Of a DNA stretch of 33,039 nt, positions 9,001 through 17,930 are shown piece after piece (positions within the stretch are counted from its first letter, which is position 1; each line of letters opens with the position of its first letter). The notes beneath the pieces were generated by a model, which saw only the letters and a program-made list of their open reading frames with translations, was not told where the DNA came from and did not search any database. This stretch comes from Oligoflexia bacterium (lineage in GTDB: Bacteria > Bdellovibrionota > UBA1018 > CAIMNF01), in contig CAIOKW010000014.1 in NCBI GenBank assembly GCA_903858975.1, positions 1-33,039 on the forward strand, in the 5' to 3' direction. The translations under genes and the position numbers were made by a program.

Positions 9001-9461
9001 AGGTGCCTGCCGTTTGTGAGATCAGTAGTACGCTCGTGCCGGATGCTAAGCTTCGTCTGTCTCTCTATCGGAAAATTTCAAACGCCAGAACGCCCGAGAT
9101 GGTGGATGCACTGTTTGAAGAGTTTCGAGATCGTTTCGGTGAGGTACCAATGGAGACCGAGAATTTATTTTGGCTCATCCGCCTAAAGAACTTACTGAAA
9201 AGAGCCGGCATTGAGCAACTCTCCGTAACTGGAGAGAGAACCTCGATGACCGTCAGAAAAACGTCGCAAGTCGATGCAGATGAGGTCATGAAGATCTATG
9301 CGGGCCCGAAAACGATTCGCGACCCGCGGGTACAACTGACTCCAGACTCCAAGATCCTCCTCACACTTCCATTTTTCAGCCTTCAGAGTCATCTTTTTGA
9401 GCTAGAGGCTTTTCTTAAGAAAATCGCGCCCAAAGCATTTGAAAATGCAAAAACCCACTGA
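6015..9461 (+). CDS. mfd: Transcription-repair coupling factor Mfd
   Basis: 1148 aa. UvrB-homology 'RGEILDVF', RID 'VVH..HGVG.Y', helicase motifs [20 protein letters not shown] and [11 protein letters not shown] motif 'DLEIRG.GN.LG.EQSG', and TRCF C-terminal domain. Confidence 0.98.
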   Translation: MPADSREIKLSSSLAQAFSTYRSATQQKRSIQVMLLPRTEQIEELQLLLQSFIDAERNEVARPIEVCLWPAWEHSPFSPVSSSITQKTDRLRTLSLLSNPSPSLIILASLESWIQPTLPKSAFDQAQFEIELNDDAGLRDVLRQRLRNLGYVPSELVQEPGQFAFRGEILDVFIPTHPMPARIEFFDTIPETIRFFHPETQRTQKTEKPLQSILISPAEEVLFPWNEQGKILERIKEYCDLNQISRKVRDPIFENVRNGFLPDHFRTWFPFVYENLGHLKDYLPEDAVLSVLEPEQIQLELTRTTEFLKKEETKYSQPYWITPSFDRLYPALSALIDQTLNQAQRIVRAAPEDLKAKGPIPFDPLPSARVTENEIEEWLEDGFKVWVGTRGLTHQERLRFSLKKVQKNIGFKLLGFDSGESFQFLTEKQIILSETAIFGQAHQHSKRPSQPRHPKFEQTEGLDFQHHQDLAVGDFVVHSLHGVGKYVGLQELKSGNKHLGEYLLIEYSGGDKLYLPVYRLNTIQRYVASGGSASLDKLGTGQFEKAKQKARESARKLAINLVEIYAKRALLKGPRFDPPGDEYYEFCDQFEFTETEGQLKAIQDVLQDLEAGKLLDRLVCGDVGFGKTEVAIRAAFQAVQSGHQVALLVPTTLLAFQHEQSFKNRMKDFPIRIESISRFKTKKIQNETLKELKEGKIDILIGTHRILSKDVEWNRLGLLMIDEEHRFGVEHKEKIKAIQANTHTLTLTATPIPRTLNMAISGLKDISVIKTPPTNRQPIKTYVSSYSEELIKGALETELARGGQIFYLYNRVQSIQHQADEIQKLVPHAKVIVAHGQMSEAEIESKMLEFYQGQAQILVCTTIIESGIDVPNAGTILIHRADQLGLAQLYQIRGRVGRSHRKAFAYLLVNDESTLTNDAKMRLDVLQRFVELGSGFQIASYDLEIRGGGNFLGGEQSGHVTSVGLDLFTELLEEAIQELKGQKIDVEERHFEPEIQVPAVCEISSTLVPDAKLRLSLYRKISNARTPEMVDALFEEFRDRFGEVPMETENLFWLIRLKNLLKRAGIEQLSVTGERTSMTVRKTSQVDADEVMKIYAGPKTIRDPRVQLTPDSKILLTLPFFSLQSHLFELEAFLKKIAPKAFENAKTH

Positions 9462-9473
9462 TAAACTAAATTT

Positions 9474-10295
9474 ATGAAAAAAATATTTTTGCCTCAGGTT
9501 TTAGCCGGAGTTTTGATTTCAACCCAAATGACTTTTGCGAGCACGGAAGCGGCTCGTGTTAACGATCGTGTCATTACCCTGGAAGACGTGAACTCCAAGC
9601 TCGCCGAGGTCGCTCGCGCCAATCCTCTCAATGCGCCAACTAGAAAACAAATTCTCGATGACCTCATTAAGCGGGAAGCGGCGATTCAAGAAGCTAAAAA
9701 ATTGCGTCTCGACCAAGATCCGGTGGTCACTGAACGCATCAACAACGTCTTATTCTTCGCACTTTTGGAAAAGAAACTGGGCGCTGATTTTGAACGCATG
9801 ACGCTTTCCGAGGCGGAAGCAAAGAACTGGTATGAGAAAAATCCAGAAATTCGTACAAGCCATATCTTTGTAGCGCTCCCCCCAGATGCAACTGCGGATG
9901 ACGAAGCAAAAGCATCAAAGAAACTGGCAAATGCACTTTCAGAAATTAAGTCAGGCAAAGTTTCCTTTGCTGAAGCAGCTCAAAAGTATTCTGAAGACCC
10001 AAGCTCTGCCATGGGCGGAGATCTCGACTACCGAATGAAAGATCGCTTGGACCCGAGCTTTTATAAAGCTGCAATTAAGCTCGGCAAGGTGGGTGATATC
10101 ACTAACCCGATTCGCACTCCATTTGGGATGCATTTGGTACGATTAACCGGTAAACACCCCTGGGTAGAAGTAGATCGCACCCGAGTGAAGCGACTCATCA
10201 TTGAAGAACGCAGACAAGAGCTCGTTGGGCGATTCTTGAACGATTTGCGTCAAAAGACTAAAGTTTCAATCAGCGACAAGTCCCTTAAAGACTAA
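9474..10295 (+). CDS. Periplasmic parvulin-type peptidyl-prolyl isomerase (PpiC/PrsA-like foldase)
   Basis: Signal peptide; 'SHI', 'FAEAAQKYSED...GGDL' and 'PIRTPFGMHL'. Confidence 0.92.
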   Translation: MKKIFLPQVLAGVLISTQMTFASTEAARVNDRVITLEDVNSKLAEVARANPLNAPTRKQILDDLIKREAAIQEAKKLRLDQDPVVTERINNVLFFALLEKKLGADFERMTLSEAEAKNWYEKNPEIRTSHIFVALPPDATADDEAKASKKLANALSEIKSGKVSFAEAAQKYSEDPSSAMGGDLDYRMKDRLDPSFYKAAIKLGKVGDITNPIRTPFGMHLVRLTGKHPWVEVDRTRVKRLIIEERRQELVGRFLNDLRQKTKVSISDKSLKD

Positions 10296-10353
10296 GCTTT
10301 TCTGCTCCTTTAACATTGGAATTACTAGCGTTTTATGAGAAATCTTGGAGGTG

Positions 10354-11310
10354 ATGAACTTTCAAGATTTTTCTTTTTTAGGGCTCGCTCTTTCCTTAAT
10401 GCTGAATCCAGCACACGCTGAAATCGTGGATCGCGTTGAGGCAATTATCAACAAAAAGGCCATCTACAAATCGGATGTGGATTTATACAAGTCAACAATC
10501 TCACTTCGCGCAAAGGTAGATCCCCTTTTTGCCAGTGAGCCGCTCTCAAAGAAAATGAAACCTGCGGACTCTGAGGTCATTGATTTCTTAATTAATGAAA
10601 ATCTGATTCTTGAAAAGTTTCCCGTGGCTGATTCCGAGGTAGAACAAGAGATCAATGGAATCCAAGGTAACCTCAAGATTGATCGGGACTCCTTAAAGGC
10701 CGCTATTCGGCGCGAAGGGTTTAAGTTTGATGACTACTTTAAACTCATGCGCGCCTCTATTTCAAAGAGACAGCTGATTGATCGCGAAATTAGAAATAAG
10801 GCCGCTGTATCTGATGACGACATTCGCGCTGATTTTAACCGCGCGCACGCAGGCTCAAAATCATTCAGGGGCTCGTTTCATCTTTTTCTCATTAAGATCA
10901 CAAAAAAGAATTTTAAAACATCTCAGCTCGCAAAAGAACAGGCGCAAGCGGCGCTTGATTCCATCAAAAAAGCCGAGGCTTTTGAAGAGGTCGCAAAGCG
11001 CTTCAGCGATGATGAGTCTCAAGCGGCGGGTGGCGATTTGGGATACCTTTCTTACAGCGACATGTCGCCTATGCTTCAAAAGGAAGTTCAAAAGATTGGA
11101 CCCGAAAAGGTGGGCGGTCTGATCGAGGACAAACTTAATTACATGATTGTTAAGACAGGAGAGATCAAGGCCGAGAGTGATGCTGGGCTTGAGAAAGAAC
11201 GTGAGTCGATTCGAGGCCGCTTAATGGAAACCGAATTTCGCCACCAAGTTCAACTTTGGCTTGAGCGTGAACGCTCCAAAAACTTCGTAAAAATTAATAC
11301 AAAATCATGA
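10354..11310 (+). CDS. surA: SurA-like periplasmic chaperone/PPIase
   Basis: Signal ending in AHA, SurA N-terminal 'EIVDRVEAIIN', one parvulin domain 'FEEVAKRFSDD...GGDLG'. Followed by pdxA as usual. Start may be 10345-10354. Confidence 0.85.
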   Translation: MNFQDFSFLGLALSLMLNPAHAEIVDRVEAIINKKAIYKSDVDLYKSTISLRAKVDPLFASEPLSKKMKPADSEVIDFLINENLILEKFPVADSEVEQEINGIQGNLKIDRDSLKAAIRREGFKFDDYFKLMRASISKRQLIDREIRNKAAVSDDDIRADFNRAHAGSKSFRGSFHLFLIKITKKNFKTSQLAKEQAQAALDSIKKAEAFEEVAKRFSDDESQAAGGDLGYLSYSDMSPMLQKEVQKIGPEKVGGLIEDKLNYMIVKTGEIKAESDAGLEKERESIRGRLMETEFRHQVQLWLERERSKNFVKINTKS

Positions 11311-12251
11311 AACCCTTTGATCTTGTCATCACTCCCGGCGATCCCGATGGAATTGGTCCAGAAGTGACCGCAAAAGCGATCTTATCGCTTGCGCCGAAAC
11401 TAAAGCATCACTCGCTCGTTATTGTTGGTTCCTCGAAACCTTTTAAAGGCTCCTTTTCAAAACTTCAGCGGCTCGGGGTTGAGTTCTTTGAACCGCCCAC
11501 ACGATCAAGCCCCGGCTATCAATCGGGCTGGGCCATTGAAACGGCCACTCAGTTTGTAATGGCGGCACCCAAATCTCGCGCCCTCATCACGGGGCCCATT
11601 AGCAAGGAGCGTCTTCAAGCGGGTGGTTTTATATTTAAAGGCCACACGGATTTCCTAGCAAACCTCACTGATACAAAAAATGTAACGATGTTATTAGCGA
11701 ATGAGCTTTTCAGGGTCGCGCTCGTTACAAACCACTGCGCACTGAAAGACGTATCAAAAAGGATTACCGAAAAAGCGATTGAGACCACCTTCAGCCACAG
11801 TTTTGATTATGCATCTCAGCTCTTAAATAAAAAGCGACCGAAGATCGCGATCCTGGGTCTGAACCCCCATTCCGGAGAAAACGGAATCCTAGGAGAAGAA
11901 GAGAAGAATGTCATTATCCCAACTATAGCAAAACTGAGGAAGAAATATAAATCAGCCATCATTACTGGTCCTCATCCTGCAGACTCATTTTTTGCAATGG
12001 AAGCTAGAGCTAAGCCCAAGGATCACCATGACGTGATTCTAGCGATGTACCACGACCAAGGACTGATCCCTGTAAAGCTATCTGATTTTAGTCACAGCCT
12101 AAATATGACCTTAGGCCTCCCCATCGTTCGAACATCGGTAGACCACGGAACCGCTTTTGATATTGCAAAGAAAAACAAGGCCGACCCGAGCAGCATGATT
12201 TATGCGATCACTCAGGCGATTCAATATTTAAACTCAAGGAGCAAAGCATGA
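11307..12251 (+). CDS. pdxA: 4-hydroxythreonine-4-phosphate dehydrogenase
   Basis: GDPDGIGPE, GHTDFL, GLNPHSGE, AMYHDQGL, RTSVDHGTAFDIA. Confidence 0.97.
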   Translation: MKPFDLVITPGDPDGIGPEVTAKAILSLAPKLKHHSLVIVGSSKPFKGSFSKLQRLGVEFFEPPTRSSPGYQSGWAIETATQFVMAAPKSRALITGPISKERLQAGGFIFKGHTDFLANLTDTKNVTMLLANELFRVALVTNHCALKDVSKRITEKAIETTFSHSFDYASQLLNKKRPKIAILGLNPHSGENGILGEEEKNVIIPTIAKLRKKYKSAIITGPHPADSFFAMEARAKPKDHHDVILAMYHDQGLIPVKLSDFSHSLNMTLGLPIVRTSVDHGTAFDIAKKNKADPSSMIYAITQAIQYLNSRSKA

Positions 12252-13639
12252 ACCCCACTATTTTTAGAGAGTATGACATCAGAGGAATTGCCGGGACCGA
12301 TCTCACTAAAGACTTCGCCTATGATCTGGGTCGAACCTACGCCGAGTGGGCGCTTGAGAAGTCCAAAAAAGAGACTCTCCTGATTTCAGTTGGGCGTGAT
12401 TGCCGCCTAACGAGTGATGAATATTCTGAGGCGCTTATCCGCGGGCTTCGCGAAGCTGGTTTGTCGGTAATTGACATTGGCGTGTGTCCGACACCGCTCA
12501 CCTATTTTTCTATCCATCACTATAAGACCGATGGCGGAATCATGATCACGGGGTCTCATAACCCTGCTGAATATAATGGTTTTAAAATTGGCCTTGGAAA
12601 AGACACCCTTCATGGCGAGCAAATCCAAGAACTTAAGCATGTGATGATGAAGGGGAACTATAAAAATCGCCCCGTGGGATCACTCACTCAGGCGGAGATC
12701 ATCCCGCATTATCTAAAATATGTGGCCGATCAGATGAAGCCCGCGAAAAAACTGAAAGTGGTGCTCGATGCAGGAAATGGAACCGCATCCAATGTTGCTC
12801 CACAACTTTTTCGAATGATGGGGGCTGAAGTCATTGAGCTCTATTGCGAGCTCGATGGCCGCTTTCCGAATCATCACCCGGACCCTACGGTTCCTAAAAA
12901 CCTGAAGGCCTTGATTGCAGCCGTGAAAGAACATAAAGCCGATTTTGGTGTCGGATATGATGGAGATTCTGACCGGATCGGTGCAGTCGATGAGAATGGC
13001 AAGATCATTTACGGCGATGAACTCATGGTGATTTTTTCTCGAGAGGTTTTGAAGAGCTTCCCTGGGGCTACCATCATTTCTGAAGTGAAATCGAGCCAAC
13101 GACTTTATCAAGATATCCAAAAGCATGGCGGCAACGGAATTATGTGGAAGACGGGCCACTCTCTGATCAAGTCGAAAATGAAGGAAACGAAAGCTCACCT
13201 TGCGGGCGAAATGTCAGGACATATTTTCTTCGCTGATCGCTGGTTTGGATTTGATGATGCGATTTATTCATCGGCTAGGCTCTATGAGATTGTAGCAAGA
13301 GAGGGAAAGCTCTCTTCCCTCACTGCTGATCTGCCCGCGGCGGTGAACACTCCTGAGATCCGTATCGACTGTGAGGAGGATAAGAAATTCACCCTCATTG
13401 AAGAGGCTGCTAAGCTCCTACAAGACCCATCCGCTAAGCTCACCAGCATCGATGGGCTTCGGGTCGATTATCCAGATCACTGGGGACTGATTCGCGCCTC
13501 CAACACCCAGCCAGTTGTCGTGATGCGTTTTGAAGCTCAGACCGAAGAAAAGCTAAAAGAGATTCAAACCAAGTTCGAAAATGCACTTGCGGCTGCCGCA
13601 AAGAAATGTGGTCATGGAGAATTCAAATACGGGCACTGA
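12248..13639 (+). CDS. algC: Phosphomannomutase/phosphoglucomutase (AlgC-like)
   Basis: FREYDIRG, catalytic TGSHNP, metal loop DGDSDR, GEMSGH, RASNT. Confidence 0.93.
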   Translation: MNPTIFREYDIRGIAGTDLTKDFAYDLGRTYAEWALEKSKKETLLISVGRDCRLTSDEYSEALIRGLREAGLSVIDIGVCPTPLTYFSIHHYKTDGGIMITGSHNPAEYNGFKIGLGKDTLHGEQIQELKHVMMKGNYKNRPVGSLTQAEIIPHYLKYVADQMKPAKKLKVVLDAGNGTASNVAPQLFRMMGAEVIELYCELDGRFPNHHPDPTVPKNLKALIAAVKEHKADFGVGYDGDSDRIGAVDENGKIIYGDELMVIFSREVLKSFPGATIISEVKSSQRLYQDIQKHGGNGIMWKTGHSLIKSKMKETKAHLAGEMSGHIFFADRWFGFDDAIYSSARLYEIVAREGKLSSLTADLPAAVNTPEIRIDCEEDKKFTLIEEAAKLLQDPSAKLTSIDGLRVDYPDHWGLIRASNTQPVVVMRFEAQTEEKLKEIQTKFENALAAAAKKCGHGEFKYGH

Positions 13640-16184
13640 GATTTTGGTTAAGGGCGCTCGCGTCCATAATTTGAAAAATATCTCAGTCAAAATACCTCAT
13701 CAAACTCTCACCGTGATTACCGGCCCCTCGGGCTCCGGGAAATCCTCTCTTGCGTTTGATACCATTCACGCCGAGGGGCAACGCCGCTACATTGAAACGT
13801 TTTCTACTTATGCTCGCCAGTTTCTAGAGCAAATCGAAAAGCCCGACGTAGACGAACTGAGTGGTCTCTCGCCCACAATTGCCATCTTACAGAAGACCAC
13901 CTCTTATAATCCACGCTCAACCGTTGGAACCGTAACTGAGATCTACGATCACTTTCGACTCTTGTACTCAAGGGTTTCAAAAGCATTTTGCCCAGGGTGT
14001 GGAGACCCCATTGAGTCTCTCTCCACTCAGCAAATTGTTGATTCGATACTAGCGTCCCCCGAGGGTTCTCGACTATCCATTTTGTCTCCCATCGCACGCG
14101 AGAAAAAGGGTGAGTTCCAAAAGGAGCTGCTTTCACTTAGACAAAAAGGCTTCACCAAGGCGCGCGTCGATGGTGAGATGAAGGACCTATCTGAGCCAAT
14201 CCGCCTTGAGAAAAACTTTAAACACACTATTGAAGTCGTCATTGATCGGGTGATCATCAAAAAGAAGGAAGAGTCGCTTCAGGCTCGTCTTTACGAAAGC
14301 ATTGAGCTGGGTCTCAAACTTTCAAAAGGCCTCCTCACGGTGGTCGAGCATCAAACTTCTGGTAAAAATCCGGAGCGCACCCTTTCACAAAATTTCGCGT
14401 GCAGTAAATGCGATATTTATCTACCGACGCCTGAGCCCAGAGTTTTTTCATTCAATAGTCCACTCGGTGCCTGTAAGCGCTGTGATGGGCTCGGTTTTGA
14501 ATCCTTTTCAGAAGCCTCGGATCAAGATGAGGATGGCGGTGGCTCCGAAGACCAGTCCTATGATTATAAAGAGCCCTGTAAAGAATGTAAGGGCGCTCGG
14601 ATTTCAAGCGAATCCCGCTCCTTTAAAATTTCGAACCTCGATATTGCAGAAGTTTGCGCAAAACCCATCGATGAGCTCGATGCATTTTTAAGTTCCATTA
14701 AGTTAAGCGATCGCGAGATGAAAATTGCAGGCGGTCTTATTAGAGAGACCAAAGAGAGGGTCGGGTTTCTCAGTAAAGTGGGCGTGGGTTATCTATCCGT
14801 AGATCGACCTCTTTTTTCTCTCTCAGGAGGGGAATCTCAAAGGATTCGACTGGCCTCTCAGCTGGGTAGCTCACTCGTTGGAATTACCTATATCTTGGAT
14901 GAGCCATCGATCGGACTTCATCCGAGGGACAATAAACTTCTCATTAACAGCCTGAAGCGCCTCCGGGATCTTGGAAATACTGTCATCGTTGTGGAGCATG
15001 ATGAAGAGACGATGATGGAAAGTGATTTTTTAATCGATGTTGGCCCAGGCGCTGGCGTGCATGGTGGGAATATTATTGCTTCAGGCCTACCCTCAGAAAT
15101 CTTAAAGCATCCGGAAAGTATTACCGGGAAATACCTGTCTCACCGATTAAAAGTTAATCCACCGAAGTTTAGACGCCCGGTTGATCCGAAAAAGATTCTG
15201 AAACTTGAAAAGGTGAACCTACACAATCTGAAAAATGTAGAGGCAGAATTCCCGCTTGGAATCTTCACCTGTGTCACGGGGGTTTCAGGCAGCGGCAAAA
15301 GCTCTCTGATCATGGATACGCTCTACCCCTTACTCCTAAACCACTTCTATGATTCCAATATTCCTGAGATGAGCGCCAAGATTACGAAGGGGATCAAAGA
15401 GGTAGATAAGGTCATCCAAATTGATCAAAGCCCCATTGGTCGTACGCCGCGATCCAATCCAGCAACCTATACCGGCATCTTCAGTTTCATTCGAAGTCTT
15501 TATGCTCAGTTGCCCGAATCTCAGCTACGTTCTTTTAAACCCGGTCGTTTCTCCTTTAACGTAAAGGGCGGAAGATGTGATGACTGTGAAGGGGACGGCC
15601 TCAAAAAAATCTCGATGAGCTTCATGGCTGATGCTTATATCACCTGTGACACTTGCAAAGGCGCACGCTACAAGGCGGATACCCTTCAAGTTCTCTTTAA
15701 GGGAAAGAATATCGCTGAGGTACTTGCGATGTCTGTGGATGAAGCGCTTCCATTTTTCATTAACATTCCTCCGATCAAAGAAAAACTTCAGGTGATGTCG
15801 GACGTGGGCCTGGGCTACATCAAGCTAGGACAAGCTGCGACGACGCTTTCGGGTGGAGAAGCTCAACGAATCAAACTTGCAAAAGAACTTTCACGCCGAG
15901 CTACCGGGAAAACCTTCTTCATTTTAGATGAGCCCTCGACAGGCCTCCATTTTGATGACATCAAAAAACTCCTGGGAATTCTTCACCGTCTGGTGGATCA
16001 AGGAAATACCGTACTCGTGATTGAGCACAATCTCGACATCATCTGTTCAGCTGACCACTTAATGGATTTAGGTCCAGAAGGCGGAAATGCGGGCGGAAAA
16101 ATCATTGCAACCGGCACCCCTGAAGAGCTTTCGAAATCAAAGACGAGTAAGATTGCGCCATTCTTGAAGGCCAAATTAAAATAA
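13614..16184 (+). CDS. uvrA: Excinuclease ABC subunit UvrA (short form, ~856 aa)
   Basis: Two ABC ATPase modules (GPSGSGKSS and GVSGSGKSS; LSGGESQRI and LSGGEAQRI), Zn modules, 'PIGRTPRSNPATY'. Start moved to ATG 13614. Confidence 0.97.
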   Translation: MENSNTGTEILVKGARVHNLKNISVKIPHQTLTVITGPSGSGKSSLAFDTIHAEGQRRYIETFSTYARQFLEQIEKPDVDELSGLSPTIAILQKTTSYNPRSTVGTVTEIYDHFRLLYSRVSKAFCPGCGDPIESLSTQQIVDSILASPEGSRLSILSPIAREKKGEFQKELLSLRQKGFTKARVDGEMKDLSEPIRLEKNFKHTIEVVIDRVIIKKKEESLQARLYESIELGLKLSKGLLTVVEHQTSGKNPERTLSQNFACSKCDIYLPTPEPRVFSFNSPLGACKRCDGLGFESFSEASDQDEDGGGSEDQSYDYKEPCKECKGARISSESRSFKISNLDIAEVCAKPIDELDAFLSSIKLSDREMKIAGGLIRETKERVGFLSKVGVGYLSVDRPLFSLSGGESQRIRLASQLGSSLVGITYILDEPSIGLHPRDNKLLINSLKRLRDLGNTVIVVEHDEETMMESDFLIDVGPGAGVHGGNIIASGLPSEILKHPESITGKYLSHRLKVNPPKFRRPVDPKKILKLEKVNLHNLKNVEAEFPLGIFTCVTGVSGSGKSSLIMDTLYPLLLNHFYDSNIPEMSAKITKGIKEVDKVIQIDQSPIGRTPRSNPATYTGIFSFIRSLYAQLPESQLRSFKPGRFSFNVKGGRCDDCEGDGLKKISMSFMADAYITCDTCKGARYKADTLQVLFKGKNIAEVLAMSVDEALPFFINIPPIKEKLQVMSDVGLGYIKLGQAATTLSGGEAQRIKLAKELSRRATGKTFFILDEPSTGLHFDDIKKLLGILHRLVDQGNTVLVIEHNLDIICSADHLMDLGPEGGNAGGKIIATGTPEELSKSKTSKIAPFLKAKLK

Positions 16185-16214
16185 AAAACCCCCGAACCTT
16201 TTCAGGTCCGGGGG
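16183..16214 (-). terminator. Intrinsic terminator of the atpB-atpE transcript, between convergent uvrA and atpE
   Basis: Minus strand CCCCCGGACCT-GAAA-AGGTTCGGGGG-TTTTTT: 11-bp stem with one G-U pair, GNRA loop, U6 tail. Confidence 0.9.
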
Positions 16215-16241
16215 CCTTTGAACTCTTCAGTTCACTTAAAA

Positions 16242-16568
16242 CTACTTGATTTTAAGGAACGCGATTACGAATGCGTAAAGAACGAGAGACTCGATCAACG
16301 CAAGACCGATAATCATTGGAGTGAATACTTTGTCAGAAGCGGCTGGGTTACGTGAAATCCCTTCAAGCGCTGCTGCTGCAGTTTTACCTTGTCCCATAGC
16401 TCCGCCAAGAGCTGCAAGACCAAGACCCAGACCTGCGCCAAGACCTGCTAGGTCCATAGCTCCGGTGCTAGTTGCTGCTGCCGCTGCAGTGTGAGCTGCT
16501 TCTTGTGCGAATGCCGCGCCTGTCATGAACAAACCTGCTACTGTCATCATTACTGTTTTCATTTTCAT
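16242..16568 (-). CDS. atpE: ATP synthase F0 subunit c
   Basis: GxGxG-rich helix 1, 'RNP' loop, 'LIESL' carboxylate, N-terminal leader. Start chosen downstream of AAGGA. Confidence 0.96.
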   Translation of the reverse strand: MKMKTVMMTVAGLFMTGAAFAQEAAHTAAAAATSTGAMDLAGLGAGLGLGLAALGGAMGQGKTAAAALEGISRNPAASDKVFTPMIIGLALIESLVLYAFVIAFLKIK

Positions 16569-16615
16569 TTTCTGTTTTCCTTTCATTGAGTTAATTACGA
16601 CGAAACTTTTTCAAA

Positions 16616-17326
16616 TCAGTGATCGTGACTTGCTGATAACGAGATATAGACCATAGTCATCAAACAAAATACGAACGCCTGAACTAGAGCAACAAAGAGC
16701 CCGATCCCGTAGAATATAGCAGGAACTCCATAGGGCACCAAGTTATTAAAAATTCCAAGAACCACGTGGTCTCCCATGATGTTTCCTCGAAGACGAAGTC
16801 CGAGAGAAATCGGGCGAAATACATGGGATGCGATCTCCACGATCAACATCAAGGGAGATAGCCACAAAATTGGGCCAGCAAAATGCTTCAAATATCCAAT
16901 TCCGTTTTCACGGAGGCCAACGTAATTGTAATAAAGAAATACGAAAAGGCCGAGCGCGAAAGTCGTATTGAGATTATCCGTTGGAGGCAACAATCCTGGG
17001 ATCATTCCAATTAAGTTAGACGCAAAAATAAAAATAAAGAGTGCCCCTACAATTGGGAAATACTTCTCTGCTCCGTGCTTGCCCATGACGTTCACAGCAA
17101 GCCCATAAAGTTTTTCGGCAAGGATTTCGAAAAAGTTTCTGAAGGTGAGCTTAGCATCCGGTACGAGGCCTTCATCTTCACGCTTTTTCGCTGCATTCAA
17201 TTGAATGCGAGCAATGAGACCTGCAATGATCACCATCGCTACCACAGCAGTTGCCATGAAAACGTGCCCGTATTCATGAACTTCAAATCCTGGAATCAAG
17301 CTTAACCAATTAAAACCGTGTTCCAC
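16616..17326 (-). CDS. atpB: ATP synthase F0 subunit a
   Basis: 'SNLIGMIPG..PPT', 'RPISLGLRLRGNI' with the essential Arg, 'VQAFVF..L..VYI'. Confidence 0.97.
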   Translation of the reverse strand: MEHGFNWLSLIPGFEVHEYGHVFMATAVVAMVIIAGLIARIQLNAAKKREDEGLVPDAKLTFRNFFEILAEKLYGLAVNVMGKHGAEKYFPIVGALFIFIFASNLIGMIPGLLPPTDNLNTTFALGLFVFLYYNYVGLRENGIGYLKHFAGPILWLSPLMLIVEIASHVFRPISLGLRLRGNIMGDHVVLGIFNNLVPYGVPAIFYGIGLFVALVQAFVFCLMTMVYISLSASHDH

Positions 17327-17332
17327 TATGCT

Positions 17333-17722
17333 TCACCCTTGTTGAGTTTCATTATATCTCCGAGAAATTACCGCAGAAACGAGCGGACCCACAGCCATGA
17401 ATCCAATCCCGAGTAGCGCAGCAGCGTCTGGAGCATTTCTTAATCTTTTCAGCGTTATAGCCAAAAATCCGAGACAAACCAACTTAAAAGTGAGGAAAAT
17501 CACCACCTGAAGGTTTCTGCCGCGCTGCTCAGGCGGGGTAAAGAAGAGTCGCCAAAAGAGAAACACCAAAAAAAGGAGGTCCAGCAGGGTTAGGAGGAAG
17601 ACCTGACAGAAGGCGGATCGCCCTTCAGGCTGATTCCAATAAATCCCAGTACCCATGAGGAGCCACGTGAGACTTACGAGTAGAAGGATATTTAAGAATT
17701 TTTTACTTTGTTCCGGTTTCAT
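17333..17722 (-). CDS. atpI: ATP synthase protein I-like 4-TM membrane protein
   Basis: 129 aa, four TM segments, directly upstream of atpB. Mostly positional. Confidence 0.6.
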   Translation of the reverse strand: MKPEQSKKFLNILLLVSLTWLLMGTGIYWNQPEGRSAFCQVFLLTLLDLLFLVFLFWRLFFTPPEQRGRNLQVVIFLTFKLVCLGFLAITLKRLRNAPDAAALLGIGFMAVGPLVSAVISRRYNETQQG

Positions 17723-17930
17723 GATTCTTCTGATTCTTTTGGATCAAATACACCCGATAAAATCCGATGAGAAGCCCAATAAAGGCTCCCAGGACGGTTG
17801 CAATGTTTTGAAAGGGACGGTTTCGAGTGAGCCAATGGAGCAAACCCCCAAGCGCACTCGGGGTTACGACCACCTCGGCAATGATCACAGTAAAAAGGGC
17901 GAGTTGGCGGTATCGGTTTTCTTCACTCAT
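17703..17930 (-). CDS. AtpZ/AtpI-family (ATPase gene 1) small membrane protein
   Basis: 75 aa, 2 TM segments with a 'G..L.W......P.....G...G...GFY' pattern, leading the F0 genes. Confidence 0.7.
   Translation of the reverse strand: MSEENRYRQLALFTVIIAEVVVTPSALGGLLHWLTRNRPFQNIATVLGAFIGLLIGFYRVYLIQKNQKNHETGTK

Noticed and set aside
16242-17930. F0 genes separated from atpF/H/A/G/D/C as a novelty
   Set aside because: A split atp operon with atpB-atpE near gyrA is already known in Bdellovibrio-like and deltaproteobacterial genomes.
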